A stretch of DNA of 64,000 bases. Source: Vitrella brassicaformis CCMP3155. Lineage: Eukaryota > Protista > Chromerida. Each line of letters opens with the position of its first letter. Position 1 is the first letter of the stretch. Shown piece by piece: positions 50,285-61,984 of this stretch. The position numbers and the translations under genes are program-made. A model generated the notes under the pieces. It made no database searches. It saw only the letters and a list, made by a program, of their open reading frames with translations, and was not told the DNA's origin. Location of the stretch: contig CDMY01000520.1 of assembly GCA_001179505.1 (NCBI GenBank), positions 186,001-250,000 on the forward strand, given 5' to 3'.

Positions 50285-50777
50285 TGAGTATCACTGATTG
50301 GTCGGCTGGCCGGAGGATGGTTATCAGAAGCACGGACTCAAACTGTCACGGCAGATATAATGAGAAGCAGCCGCTCTGTCACCGGCAGCCTGCGTCCGCA
50401 TGTGAAGATGGATTACATGGCCTTTTTTTCGATAGACCGTTTTGTGTGTCCGCCCAGGAAGCCGACCGTGTTTGCACCAATGTCGCGGTGCGTGTGACTG
50501 ACTCGTTTATGTGACGCTCATGATGCTGCTTTATGCTCATCGAATGAGGTCTCTCACACACGCAGAGAGTCAGTCACTGCAGCTAGTATGGCACACACAC
50601 TCTACAGACCACGAAAAAGCTCTTCTTCAAAACGGCAGTAGGCAGACACAAGCACACAGTGCACTCCCGCCCTCATCCATCATCCCATCAGAACGAATCC
50701 CCAGCAGCCTGCAGGAACAAAGCACGCACCCACACACACACCCCCGGCAAGTGACCGCGAGCATCAGCTGCCTGCGG

Positions 50778-51053
50778 TCAGTCATCCTCCCTCACTTTGC
50801 TCACCCCCGGGATGCCTTTGGCGATTGCCTTGCGGCCGTGGAAGACGTCTTTGACGATGGTCGGGTCGGCTTGGGGCGGGAACTCGATGGGTTTGTAGTA
50901 CTCCCTGAAGAAGTTGAGCATTTCTGACGAGGCGCCGAAGTAGACCATCAGCGACGGCATCATGAACATCGTCATGGCGTACGCAAACAGGATCTTTTGC
51001 TGCAGCTTCCGGTAGGGACCGGGTTTGGACATGCCCGAGTCGAAGACCGGCAT
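50778..51053 (-). CDS. Small single-TM protein resembling cytochrome c oxidase assembly factor PET100
   Basis: 91-aa ORF with codon-like composition; TM segment ILFAYAMTMFMMPSLMVYFG followed by NFFREYYKPIEFPP resembles the PET100 pattern (hydrophobic..PxxxxYxG..aromatic-PP) recalled from yeast and human. Confidence 0.5.
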   Translation of the reverse strand: MPVFDSGMSKPGPYRKLQQKILFAYAMTMFMMPSLMVYFGASSEMLNFFREYYKPIEFPPQADPTIVKDVFHGRKAIAKGIPGVSKVREDD

Positions 51054-51216
51054 CTTCGCGACAGATGTAACAGACAGATGGAGGATGCAGCCGCTCGACC
51101 ACCCTTCTCGTGTGCGAGTCGCAAAAGGGTCTAATTAGGACATTGCGTGAAACTGCTCGCCGAAGGGTTTAGCTCGCGGTGCCGGAGACGGAGTTTTGGG
51201 CTGTGACTGGCAGGGC

Positions 51217-52975
51217 ATGAAGCCTCCTCGGGTGTTCGGCCACGTCGACAGGCTGAGTCGTGCCCTTCAGCCGCCGCGTGTCAACATCCGAGCGTGCCTC
51301 GCGGCTACGGGCATCTCACCGACGCTTGAGGCCAACGAGCTCATACAGAAAGCGCAGGTAGGCACAGAGCTCTGGTTTTGTGAGTGCCTACCGAGTGCAT
51401 TGGCTCGTGCGGCTTGTGTGTCAACCAGAATGACAGCACGAGCGCATCTTCACAGCAGCTGTTCCGCTTCAGTTTTGGCAAAAGCCCGTTCTCTGTGCCC
51501 CGAGGTCAGCAGGAGACGAGGCAGCCACGCAGCAGCACACGTCTGATGTGTCATGCTTCATGGTGGGTGCAGTGCTTCAGGAGTCGCTGCGTCAGAACGT
51601 GCATCAGAACAGCTACCTGCCGGTGATGGGCCTGCCCAAGCTGCGAGAGGCCATCGGTGCGGCGCACGGCCGCCCGATGGAGGATGTGATCATTGGGCCA
51701 GGCAGCAAGGTCAGCACCGTGTGTCACAAAGACAAAGAGTGTTGGTGGCACTGCCTTGTCGATGTCTGCTGTGTGTTTCCTTCCCCAACAGGAGCTCCTT
51801 TTTCTGAGCCTGTTTGCCGTGTACCCTCCTGCGACGGTCTTCCTGCCGGTGCCCTCGTGGGTGAGCTACTTCCCCCAAGCCATGATGTCCGACCACCACG
51901 TGCACTGGGTCAAGACGCGACTGGTTGACCGTTTCGTCCCGTCGTCACACGCCCTTGACATGGCCTTCAGCACAAGCAAGATCGGCAAGGTTTTGATCCT
52001 CAACTACCCAAACAACCCCACGTGAGCAAATGAGATGACGGCGGGGGCGACGCGTTACACTTGTGTGTGTCCGTTTGTGGACGTGCAGTGGGTGCAGCGC
52101 CTCCCCTGCTCAGCTGCAGGCCATCGCTGCTGTGTGCCGGAAGCACAAGGTCCTGGTCATCAGCGACGAGGTACGGTACGCCGACCGCCATATCAGTCGC
52201 AACAAGAGCATCACAACACACATATGTTCTGTCTGGCTGCATGTAGGTGTACGCCCACACGACACACTACTGCGGGTCGGCGACGTCGCTCTTCACCCAC
52301 CGGCCCCCATCCATCGAGGAGTACTACCCAGAGGGCACCATCGTCACCAGCAGCATCAGCAAGGCATTCGGCGCTGGCGGCTGGCGCCTCGGCTATGCCT
52401 TCCTCCCAGAGGGCCTCTCGGCCGTCAAGAACGCCATCTGCGCGGCTGCGTCCGAGACCTACTCGGCTGCGTCGGCGCCGATCCAGCATGCGAGTGTGAG
52501 CGCCTTTCTGCCGTCACGCGAGCTTGACCTGCTGGCCCTCCGGCAGCGGCAAATTTTGCGTCTTACCTCCCGGATGGTCATGAAGACCCTCAAGGACGCG
52601 TGCCCCTCTGCGCTCGCGCCGCCCCCCGACGGTGCCTTCTACATGTACATTGACTTCTCGCTGAGCCCCCGCGCGAAGAGAGAGGGCAACGACATGGCAT
52701 CTGCGGAGGTCTTCGCGCGAGTGCAGAAGGAGACGGGTGTGGTGCTGCTGCCGGGCAGTGTGTTCGGCGAGTACCCGAGCAACCCCTGGACGGCGAGACT
52801 CGCCTTCGTGGATTTGGACGGCGAGAAGGCGCTGAGTATGCTGGAGGGGCGGGAGGAGAACCTGGACAAGGAGATCGAGGGGGGCAGGCTGGATGAGCTG
52901 TGCGAGGGGGAGGGCGGGTGGGGGGTGCACATGAGAGAGGGCGTGAGGCGGCTCGCTGAGTACATGAATTCGTGA
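51217..52975 (+). CDS. PLP-dependent aminotransferase class I/II (aspartate aminotransferase-like), possible N-terminal organellar transit peptide
   Basis: FSFGKSPF, YLPVMGLPKLREAI, IGPGSKELLF, PVPSWVSY, LILNYPNNPTG, VISDEVY, SSISKAFGAGGWRLGY (PLP lysine), PDGAFY, LLPGSVFG, RLAF. Confidence 0.92.
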
Positions 52976-53605
52976 TGACGATGCTACATACATAGCAGCC
53001 AGACAGAAATTCGTGAGGATCTATCTACCCATGTATCTGCTGTGTCCGTCCGGTGTGTATGTATATGCGAGACAGACAGAATTGGTGAGCCAGAGAGAAT
53101 GAGCGAGTGAGCGGGGGCGGGAGGTGAGCGATGAGTGTGCACGTGCATTTAATGCATTTATGGTGCCTATCCCTGCTTAGCTGAGTGTTCGTGCCTGCGT
53201 GTGCGAGTGTGTGTGTATTCATATGTATGTGTCGGGTCTGGCTTGCGCTCTCTGCGCGAGCCAGACTCGGCTGATTGATTTCGTGCCGCTGAGGGTGTAC
53301 AATATGCTTCATTCGTGCCTGTTGGAGAGTGCATACAGGGATGAGGGCGCCTGGGGGGACTCCCTGTCCATTTGCGATCGATGTGTGTTGGGGTCGGGTC
53401 GACGCCTGACGATGATCTTTTTTGTGGCCTATGTTTAGAGCCTTCTACATATACTTGTGCAGACACCGTGTGCATATCTGTATATCTAATCAATCTGTGA
53501 AGCCAACCGTCTCACGGCCGTCTCACCTTCCGGCCCCCTTATCGCCCCCACCTGCGAAAAATCGAAAGGAACTTGCTTTGAAAGCAGCACTGGCAGCAGA
53601 TAACC

Positions 53606-55022
53606 ATGCCCGGCATCATCCACATCACCGATGAGCGTGCCTTGGATGCCCTCAAGGGAGAAGCATCTCTCCTCGTCATCGAATTCGGGAAGTCCTTCCA
53701 CCAAACGCCGCCGAAGCTCGAGGCCCTCAGCCATGAGTACCCCACCGTCACGTTCTGTAAGGTCGACGTCGACAAGCTGGCTCAACTCGCACAGGACCTC
53801 GACATCGGAACGCTGCCCACATTCCATCTGATCAGGGGAACCTCAGGCGAGAAGGTCGCTGAGCTGAAGGGATCGGACGAACAGAAGCTCAGGAGGCTGA
53901 TAGAGGTGCACGCAGCCAGGCCCTCTGCTAGCACTGACAGCATGATCGTGCCAATCGAAGCGCCTGTGGCCATTGACTCCCCGCGAGCGCCGTCGGTACA
54001 TCCCAGTGAGCTGAATGTGCCGGACATTGTGGATGAGGAGGGGGGCGGCGAGTGGTCCCCAGCCTCCTGCCAGTCAGCCTATGAGCAGGGGAGGCTGGAT
54101 ACGGTCAGCATCCGCTCAGAGGACATGAGAAACGCCAGCTTTGCCGAGCATGAGGGGGAGAAGATGCTCGACGCGGCTAAGGTGAGACGCCGGGAGAGAG
54201 GTGACAGACAAACATGTGTCTGATTCATTTGCCTGTGTCTGTGTCTGTCTGTGTGTGTGGTCAGCTGTCGCGGCCTCCCTCGCAGGCATCGAACATCTCC
54301 TACTTCCCCGAGGACAATGACTTCCACTCAAAGTACAAGAGGATGAAGCTGCTTTTGAACGAGAAGTACGCGAGAAATGGCCTGCCTCGAAACACCCACC
54401 ACAAACAGCCACCCTTGTTCACGTGTCTTCACATCATGCAGGGAGCGTGAGCTCAAGACGCTGAGACAGGCTGCACGAAGGGTGGGCAGCGACAAGCATT
54501 AAACACTTGCCCTGTCTCCATTGTCGTTTGTGTCGCCGTGGCAAGACAGGAGCGTCAAGCCCTCTCATCGGCTGGTGGAGTGTCCCAGTCGTTCGATGAC
54601 GTGTCGTCAATGCCCCGGGACGGCAGCGCAAGAGGAGACCATGCATTCCAGCCCTCAAAGTCGAGGAGGTCAAGCAAGATCGAAGAGGTACGTGGGGGGT
54701 CGACAGGAGAGATGCGAACGTGTCATTGATGTGTCTCTGTCTCTTTGTCCGTCTGCAGGGTGTGAAGTGGTTGGGGAGTAAGCTGAGCAGCAGCACGATC
54801 ATGATCCAAACACTCATCGAAAAACACAAAGACTTCCTGGTACGTACGGGCGTGGCAAGTCATTGTGTTTGTGTCTGGTGAGGTGATGTTGAAGTCGTCC
54901 GTGCTTTGTGTCCGTCTCAGCAACCAATGCACCGCATGGCCATCCTGCTGGCAATTTGTGGGACAGCAGTGACCGTCCCAGTCGTATTGTATGTGTTGCG
55001 GGAGCAGTGGGCCCTCGGGTAG
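53606..55022 (+). CDS. Thioredoxin-fold protein lacking CxxC, with acidic linker and probable C-terminal TM anchor; 3' exons uncertain
   Basis: LLVIEFGKSFHQTPPKLEALSHEYPTVTFCKVDVDKLAQLAQDLDIGTLPTFHLIRG..EKVAELKGSDEQKL is a Trx fold with cis-Pro motif LPTF. Last candidate exon QPMHRMAILLAICGTAVTVPVVLYVLREQWALG*. Confidence 0.65.
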
Positions 55023-55310
55023 CATAATAGACACGGTAACAGAGCACTTGCTTCTGCCGACAGATGATCCATTATCCGTCCATTTCGTGCGCTGTAGTGC
55101 TTGTCGTGTCTGTCTCTGCATGTGCATGAAGACGCGCCTCATCCCACTGGCAGCCCTATCTGTGTATCATGGTCCGTTTTGTGTGCTCAAAGCTTTCAAT
55201 ACTCGTCGTCTTGTATCACGAGTACGGAAGCACCCACCCAGCCGAGACATGCAGTTCGAATGAGACATCCATGCAACACACGAGTGTCCTGGTCAGTCAG
55301 GTGGGGCCCT

Positions 55311-55761
55311 TCAAGCTTGGATCAGCTCCTTGCTTTTCACTTTGACCATAGCATACAAGTCAGACCTGACAAAGGGACGGACACGTCTCCAGTGCACCGA
55401 GCCTATCTCATCGCCCACTAATGCATGTACCTACCTGGTGAAGAAGCGTCCTGCGAACTCGAGGAGATTGTCAGGTTTGTACTCGAGTGTCTGCTGCACG
55501 AAGGTGCCGATCAGATGCTTCAGCTCGGGGTGGGCGCGGAGGTACCGCTCGTTCTGCATGTGCATGCGGACCTATACCGTATGTATGGGAAGGAATGAGC
55601 CACGCAGAAGACGGCCCGTATGTGATAATCATGCCCGTATGTGACGACCTCGGCTTTGAACTTACTTTGTCCTTATCGAGCTGCTCTTGTTGTGGCCTGG
55701 TCAGGGTGGTTGGTGCACCAGAAGGGGACACACCCTGCGGCTCTGGCTGCTGGGAGTCCAT
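55311..55761 (-). CDS. RIIAD1: RIIa (PKA dimerisation/docking) domain-containing protein 1, flagellar
   Basis: MDSQQPE..LTRPQQEQLDKDK|VRMHMQNERYLRAHPELKHLIGTFVQQTLEYKPDNLLEFAGRFFT matches the RIIAD1 pattern (QL.K.K..R..NE.YLR.H.E...LI..F.......PDN.LEFA..FT). Confidence 0.8.
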
Positions 55762-55909
55762 GATGAGATGGGTGGGGGCTAGCATGGGGGTCGGGCGTCT
55801 CGAGACGCATGCAAGCTTCTTCCCTCCCTTCCACTCCCATTGATGAGCCACCTTATGCAGGGTGTCTGTGCGCATCGGACATGTAGATGGATCAACCAGT
55901 GAGTCCACG

Positions 55910-58900
55910 TCATCGCGGCGATGAGTCTGCACTACTGATCGAAATCGATATCCTCCTTTTCTTCTCCGTCGACCCCTCAGTCAGGCTCTGGCAGCCCGCC
56001 AGCAGCTGATCAAGCGTCACCTCCTGGTCAGATCTCAGCTTGCCAGAGACTTTTTCAATCTCGAAGATGCGCCATGCCACGGCAGCGCAGATGGGAAGGA
56101 GGTAGGCCAAGCACTCGATGTCCTCCTCGATGAAGGGCACGTTGGGGATGCGGTCGGCGTCGAGCGAGAGGGAGGAGGGGGGCGAACGGGCCGTGGGGTA
56201 GGACGACTGCGTCTTGTCTATCAGCTGAATCACACCAACAAGGCGGGTCTGCAGCTCATGCGGGGAAGAGACATGATGCATGCATCATTGCATGACGTCT
56301 CTCGCCTTTTCCCCTTCGAACGTACCCGCTGGATCTTGCCCTGGCTAATGAGCATGTATCTGGGCTGTCCCGTCTCCGCTGACTTGTCGCCTTTGTCCTT
56401 GCCCTTATCCCCCTCCCTCCCACTCTTGTCGTCCCCCGCATCCTTCCTCCCGTTGTGCTGCTGTCGCTGCTGCTGCGCGTGCGACCTCATATCCTCAAAC
56501 AACATCGGCCCCAGCAGCATGTTGCCGTCGCGATGACGGCTGGACTTGCCCCTCCTGGCCACCCCATCCACAGTGGGGTCCAGGTAGGGATCGAGAGTGA
56601 GGTCACTCGACAGAATGATCTCTCTCCGCTTGACAGCCTGACCGATCAGTCCCCTGTCTGCGGCCAGCCGTGGCGGCCGCCTCCGTGCCGGCAGGTTGGT
56701 GGACGCATCGAGCATGGGGTCGATGTCGAAGAAGGAGAGCCGCTGCTTGTTGACGGCTGATGGGAGGAGGGCTGAGTAGTGCTGGGCGGGTGACAGGAGG
56801 AGACAGTTCTCCCTGTCATACCAGAACAGGACGCGCACACGCTTGACGCGAAAGAACGTCACGAAGGTCCGCTTGATCTGCATGTTTCGGGGAGGAATCC
56901 AGCCATGTGCATGAAAGGAGACATGGCTCGTGCATCAGCCATCCTTACGGTCTCTTCCAAGTCGGCCAGTGTGGTGGATGCCTCGAGGAGGGCCGCGAGC
57001 TCCAGGCACTCAGCCAGCCTCTTTCGTGACTGTTCAAGCACTGTCTTCTGCACGAGGCGGCTGAGGCAGTTGCTCATGAGGGTCCCCTGCATCTCCAGCA
57101 CACCCAGGTCAGACCGGCTGAAGGGAGCCTGCTGCAATCACCAGGGACAGAAATGAAATGTGTGTATGCAAATGTGTAACATTCCGCCATCCTCGCCTCA
57201 CGTGTCCGGTGGGTGATGATGCAGAGAAACGAGAAGATGATTGTCTGCTCAGCTGCCCCTTCATCGGACTGCTGTCTGAGAAGAAGGCACGCAGGAGCAT
57301 GCCAGCCAACGGATGATATCAGACCAGAATAGGGTGTCTTCTTGTCTGACCCTTGTCGACGCCTCCCCCTCCTCCCCCCGGGCCCATGGTCATCATGCGA
57401 TTCAGCGACTTCCAAGGCAGGGGCGACGAGGGAGTGGCAATTACCTGCAGCACCGCCAGAAGACCCTTCGCCGGAGGAGGAGCCCCAACATTGAGGAGGC
57501 CCTTCTTGCGCTTCTTCCCAGTCAGCTTGAGCCGCAACTCCTGCTTGCCCTTGCCCGAAGGGTGGTCACCTTTCATGTGCCGAACGACCAAAGGGATGGC
57601 CATCACGTTACCGCGCACATAGGGGAGGGATGCGGAGAGGTCGGAGAAGCGCGGTTCGATGACTGAGTGCCCCAGGACGGCCGACTGCTTCTCCCGCTCC
57701 TTGTCGAGGTCGCTGACGATCCGGTAGACCTGCAGCGGGAGCTTGCCGTCCTGCCCGTCCATGTAGTAGACGACATCATGACCGGCCGTCCGATGGGGCT
57801 CCACGGCGCACCGCAGCTTGTCGTGGATAAGATACAGCGTGCCTTCGACAGAGCTGCGGCCCATGATGCTCCCGACAGACTCCAGAATGGTCTGGAACGC
57901 GTCTTTGAAGGACTGCGACCGATTCAGGGCCTGGCCGAACTGCGTCGTCCTCTGCAGAATCATCTCGCTGAGGGCCCCACCCGTCCCGCCTCTCTCGGTT
58001 TGTCCACCCGACTCCTGCCGCCGCAGCACCGATCCCTGCCGCCTGAATGCGATGGTACTCTGGTGCCTCAGCTGCGGCTCAGACCTGCTGATGGTGAGGG
58101 AAAGTTTCTCAGGGGTGGGTGAGGAGGGGCTCTCGTCCTCCGACATAGTGCGGCCTCCTGTGGGAGAGGGGGGAGGGCTGAGGCGCTGACTGGTGGCACT
58201 CCTGACCGTGGTGAGGTTGGTCGCCGATCCGGGCGATGCGTCCTCTGCCTCCTGCTCCTTCAGGTCGCCGCTGATGGGGAAGATGTCTGGTGCGCTGAAC
58301 TTGACATGCAACGACGGCTCTTCCCTTTTGGGCAGCTCGAGAGACAGCCATGGCAGGGAGCTGGATAAGGGGATGTCTCCGGGGGGATTGGGGGCCTTGG
58401 ACGGGACAGACGCCGGGGCGTCGACAGGCAGCAGCTGGGCCACGTGGCGAGAGTGACCTGCGGAAACACCGATGTCACGACACACGTGATGTCGTCGTAA
58501 ACAGGTACAGGATTGTATGTTGCTCACGTTTGATGGCGTCGAAGACTCGCTGGAGCTCTTCCGGATCATCTAACTTGGCCCTCTTGATGATGCCTGCAAA
58601 ATGGAAAGCAATCCTTGTCCGCGGTAGACGTGGTCAGTAGCCGTCTGCGCTGCCTACCTTTGAGAGCGGCGGACTCGACTTTGTGTTTGCGGACCTGGCC
58701 GGACAGTAGCTGCAGCTTCTTGGTCAACTCACGAACCGCCTGTCTCATTTCCCCCACATCGCTTGCTTTGATCCGCTCGTCGATGTCCTCCATGAGGCTC
58801 GACGACGGCAGTGCATCCCCTTTCTGCTCTTCCTCCCGCTCTGTCTCGGTGTCTTGCTGCAGCTGCAGCTTGGCCTCCCAGTCCTTGAGCCGTCGGTGTT

Positions 58901-59508
58901 GTGACGGGACCTTTCGTCGGGGTCGAGATCGTTTGCGCGAGACAGGTGATCTGCGGGTCAGCTTCTCGATTCTGAGAGAACGGGAGAAGGTGTCGACTAT
59001 GTGAGGCGTGGTGTCTCTTGGTTGCGTGCCTTTCGTGTTGCGCCTTGATGATTTGCATCAGTTCTTGTACCAGCCCCTCCTCCTCGGTGACCGGCTCCAG
59101 TGGTGGCTCGATTGCGCCCTCCTCCGGACCCTCAGCTTGCACTGTTGCTTGACTCCTCTGCTTGCTCTCGCCTCCTTCTGCACCCTTGGCATCGCTCTTC
59201 CTGAGTGTCGTCACCCGCACCACCTCCGCCAAATTATCTGAGCGAGGCGTCTCACGCTTGGCTGCCCGGGCCGATCTGGGCGGACTATCCCGCTTTGGAC
59301 TCTTCTCAACCAGCGGCATGCCTGCTTGGTCTTTGAACAGAACGCCATCCTCTTTGCTGTGCGGGGTCTTCTGTGGTTGCTCATATGCTTGGGGTGAGAT
59401 TTGCCTGAGGGTCGGCAGGGGCTTTGGCACTCCACGGCGTGCCGAAGAGGGTGCCTCAGGGGACGGTGTGCGGCTGCGGGCATGGTCAAGTGGACCACCA
59501 AACACCAA
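55910..59508 (-). CDS. Tandem GAF-domain protein with N-terminal disordered/coiled-coil region; no catalytic output domain seen
   Basis: GAF-A: AFQTILESVGSIMG..GTLYLI..PRFS..YVRGNVMAIPL..GLLAVLQVI..FSRSDLGVL. GAF-B: RGLIGQAVKRREIILSSDLTLDPYLDPTVD..NMLLGPM..LVGVIQLIDK..PFIEEDIECL. Stop at 55910. Confidence 0.75.
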
Positions 59509-59551
59509 CTCCTTCCCGACGACTGCACAAAACCATCACGCTGCATTGCAC

Positions 59552-61634
59552 ATGAAGTGTTCTCCTCCTTCTCATGGCTTACGCGAGAAGTTTCGTGATG
59601 TTTTCTTGCGTAACGACATTGCTGATCGGGACATAGCGAGGAGGAAGGGGAAAGGGGGAGAGGGAAAAAATGGAACCGATGAAGGCGAGCTTTGTCCCCG
59701 CTGGGGGGCGTGGGGGCGCGCATGCACCTTCTGCAAGATGATGCACAATCCCCACGAGCCGTATGTCTTCCTGCGCAAGAAGAAGGTCGACCGCTCACGC
59801 GACGCATCGCACTCCCCCACTGCTCGAAAGACGCCCCACTACCGCCGCAGCACCAGGAACCGCAGAAAAGACTACGACAGTGAAAGCCCTGACCATGACA
59901 CTGACAGCTCACAAGACTCTTACACGAGCCCCCCAAGAGCGCCAGAGCCAAGAGCACGGGTCGAGGAAGAGATCGTCCCCGAGCCCGGCACTACGTCGTC
60001 TGTCAAGCTTCCAGACGCGCCACTGGCACGTGGGGTCACCGTGTCGTTCCGAGTCGGCGAGCGAGTGAGCCCTGACTCCAGGATCGACAAGAAGAAGAGG
60101 AGAAGAGCGAGCAGAAGGGCGACCCAATGGCATGCCGCCAGTGCCCAGTCGCAGAGCGATGTGTCCGTGTCAGCCGACAAGAAGAAGCTGCTGTCCTTCC
60201 ACAAGAACCTCACCGAGAGAGAGAGCCTGAGGGAGCAGGTGCGTGTTCTCCAGCAGGGGTGCAGAGACCTGGAGGAGCGTCATCAGGCCTTGAAGCGGGA
60301 GGCGGTTGAGAAGAAGGCTGAGTGTGAGGGGCTCAGACGACAGCTGGCGGACACGCAGGCTGCATTGGCGGAGAAGGATCACAGCCTGGAGGAAATGAAG
60401 GTACCGAACATGCATGTCTCGAGACATATACACACCACGCCAGTGCTGCTTCTCTCCTTGGTATCAGGGGCTTCTCGAGGACACTCGCGCCCAGAACGTT
60501 GCCCTGCAGACGCATTACGATGACCTCGTCCTCGAGTGCAGCCAGCCAGAGTGCGTTACGGTAGTTGAAGCCAGGCAACAGTTGGCGCCCCCTGAATGTC
60601 CCTTTATCTTTTGTCAGGTCTGATACCCGTGCCGACGTGGTTACCCTCGACTCGTTTCTGGATCTCAACAGTCCATCGGGCAGTGCGTCCAAGTCGCCCA
60701 CGCGACGTTTCCGTGCGTCATGGCCCGGGGGAGCGTCTTTCTTGATGAGCTCAGCTGTGAGAACAGAGACCTGCAGCAGCGGATCGATCAGCTCGAGAGA
60801 GAGAACCAAGGTCAGCGAGAAAAGGAGCCGCCACAACAATGTCACACTGCTGAGACATGATGTTGCCTTCAGTGTTGCGACAAAGGAATGTTGTAATGGC
60901 CAAGGCGGCCGTCGATGCTCACGACTCTGTCTCCCTGGGAACCAGCGCAGAAGGTGGGGAGTGAGACGCACACATGGACTGCACTCAAACGTTGCGCCTC
61001 TGTCCGTTGCCAGGAGAGGCTGCAAGGTCTTTGTGTCCTCGGCAGGTGTGCCTTCTCCCCTGCATCCGTCTGCTCCACCGGCGGACAGACTCGGGGCCGC
61101 ACTGACGGAACTGCAGGCGGAATGCAGCCGACAGCAGACGGACCTTGGAAAGGTTTTCGATATCCGGGACCGGCTGAGAGCGGAGAATGAGGACCTCAAG
61201 ACACGCTGCGCTGAGCTGCAGGATGTAGTCGACAGGATGCGCAAGAGCATCGCAGGTGGGTGCCACGATCCATGTCTCCTCTCCCCATTCGTCTCCACGT
61301 CTCTCTCTCTCTGTCTCTGTCTCGCCGCACATTATGCATTGCAGAGCCAGCCTCCACACGTGCATCTTCACGGTCCATATGTTGGGGCCGGCCCTGCACG
61401 GGTGCTCGTTTCGACGCAATCAAGGCAATGTGCTGCCCCACCGGCGTCGTCCGCCGGAGACAGGACAGCAAGGGCAATGAGTACTATAGCATCTATGACG
61501 ACTATGGGGAGAGCGAGAGTGAGGGTGAGATGGAGGGCGAGGAAGAGGGGCAGGAGCTGGCAGAGCTGAATGACCCGTCTAAGCCGCCCAGTCCTGCACA
61601 GAGTGCAACTAGTGCTGCCAAGGCGAATGTGTGA
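59552..61634 (+). CDS. Hypothetical coiled-coil protein with an N-terminal Cys/His motif
   Basis: CPRWGAWGRACTFCKMMH, then heptad-rich exons (LREQVRVLQQGCRDLEERHQALK.., RDLQQRIDQLERENQ, LRAENEDLKTRCAELQDVVDRMRK) and acidic tail ending AAKANV*. Confidence 0.7.
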
Positions 61635-61984
61635 CGTGTGCTGTAGGCCATGGCATTGTGATATTTGTTTGTGGCGTGGAAACAATCAATCAATGGGATT
61701 TTGGACTTCTCTTCTGCCTGCTGTTATGTCGGTCGCAAGCAATTCATCACTATATATATGTGATAAGCCGAGAAAAGAGCGTCTGTCCTTCTTCCATGGC
61801 ATGCATACACGGCAGCAAATGGCCAACCACTGTCTGTCCAGCCCCCTCGTCCCCCTTCTACACTGGTCCAGCAAGGCGTACACCAACACCCACACCCACA
61901 CACAAATGTGCAATGCAAACCCACAAACCGACTGACTGACATGCAGCGGCGCAGCAGCAGTGAGTGTGCCCCTCCCTCTTCTAT

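Noticed and set aside
59162-59551. N-terminal 130 aa of the 453-aa plus ORF as a genuine overlapping CDS
   Set aside because: It is the antisense shadow of the first exon of the GAF gene; the ATG at 59552 is the more plausible start.
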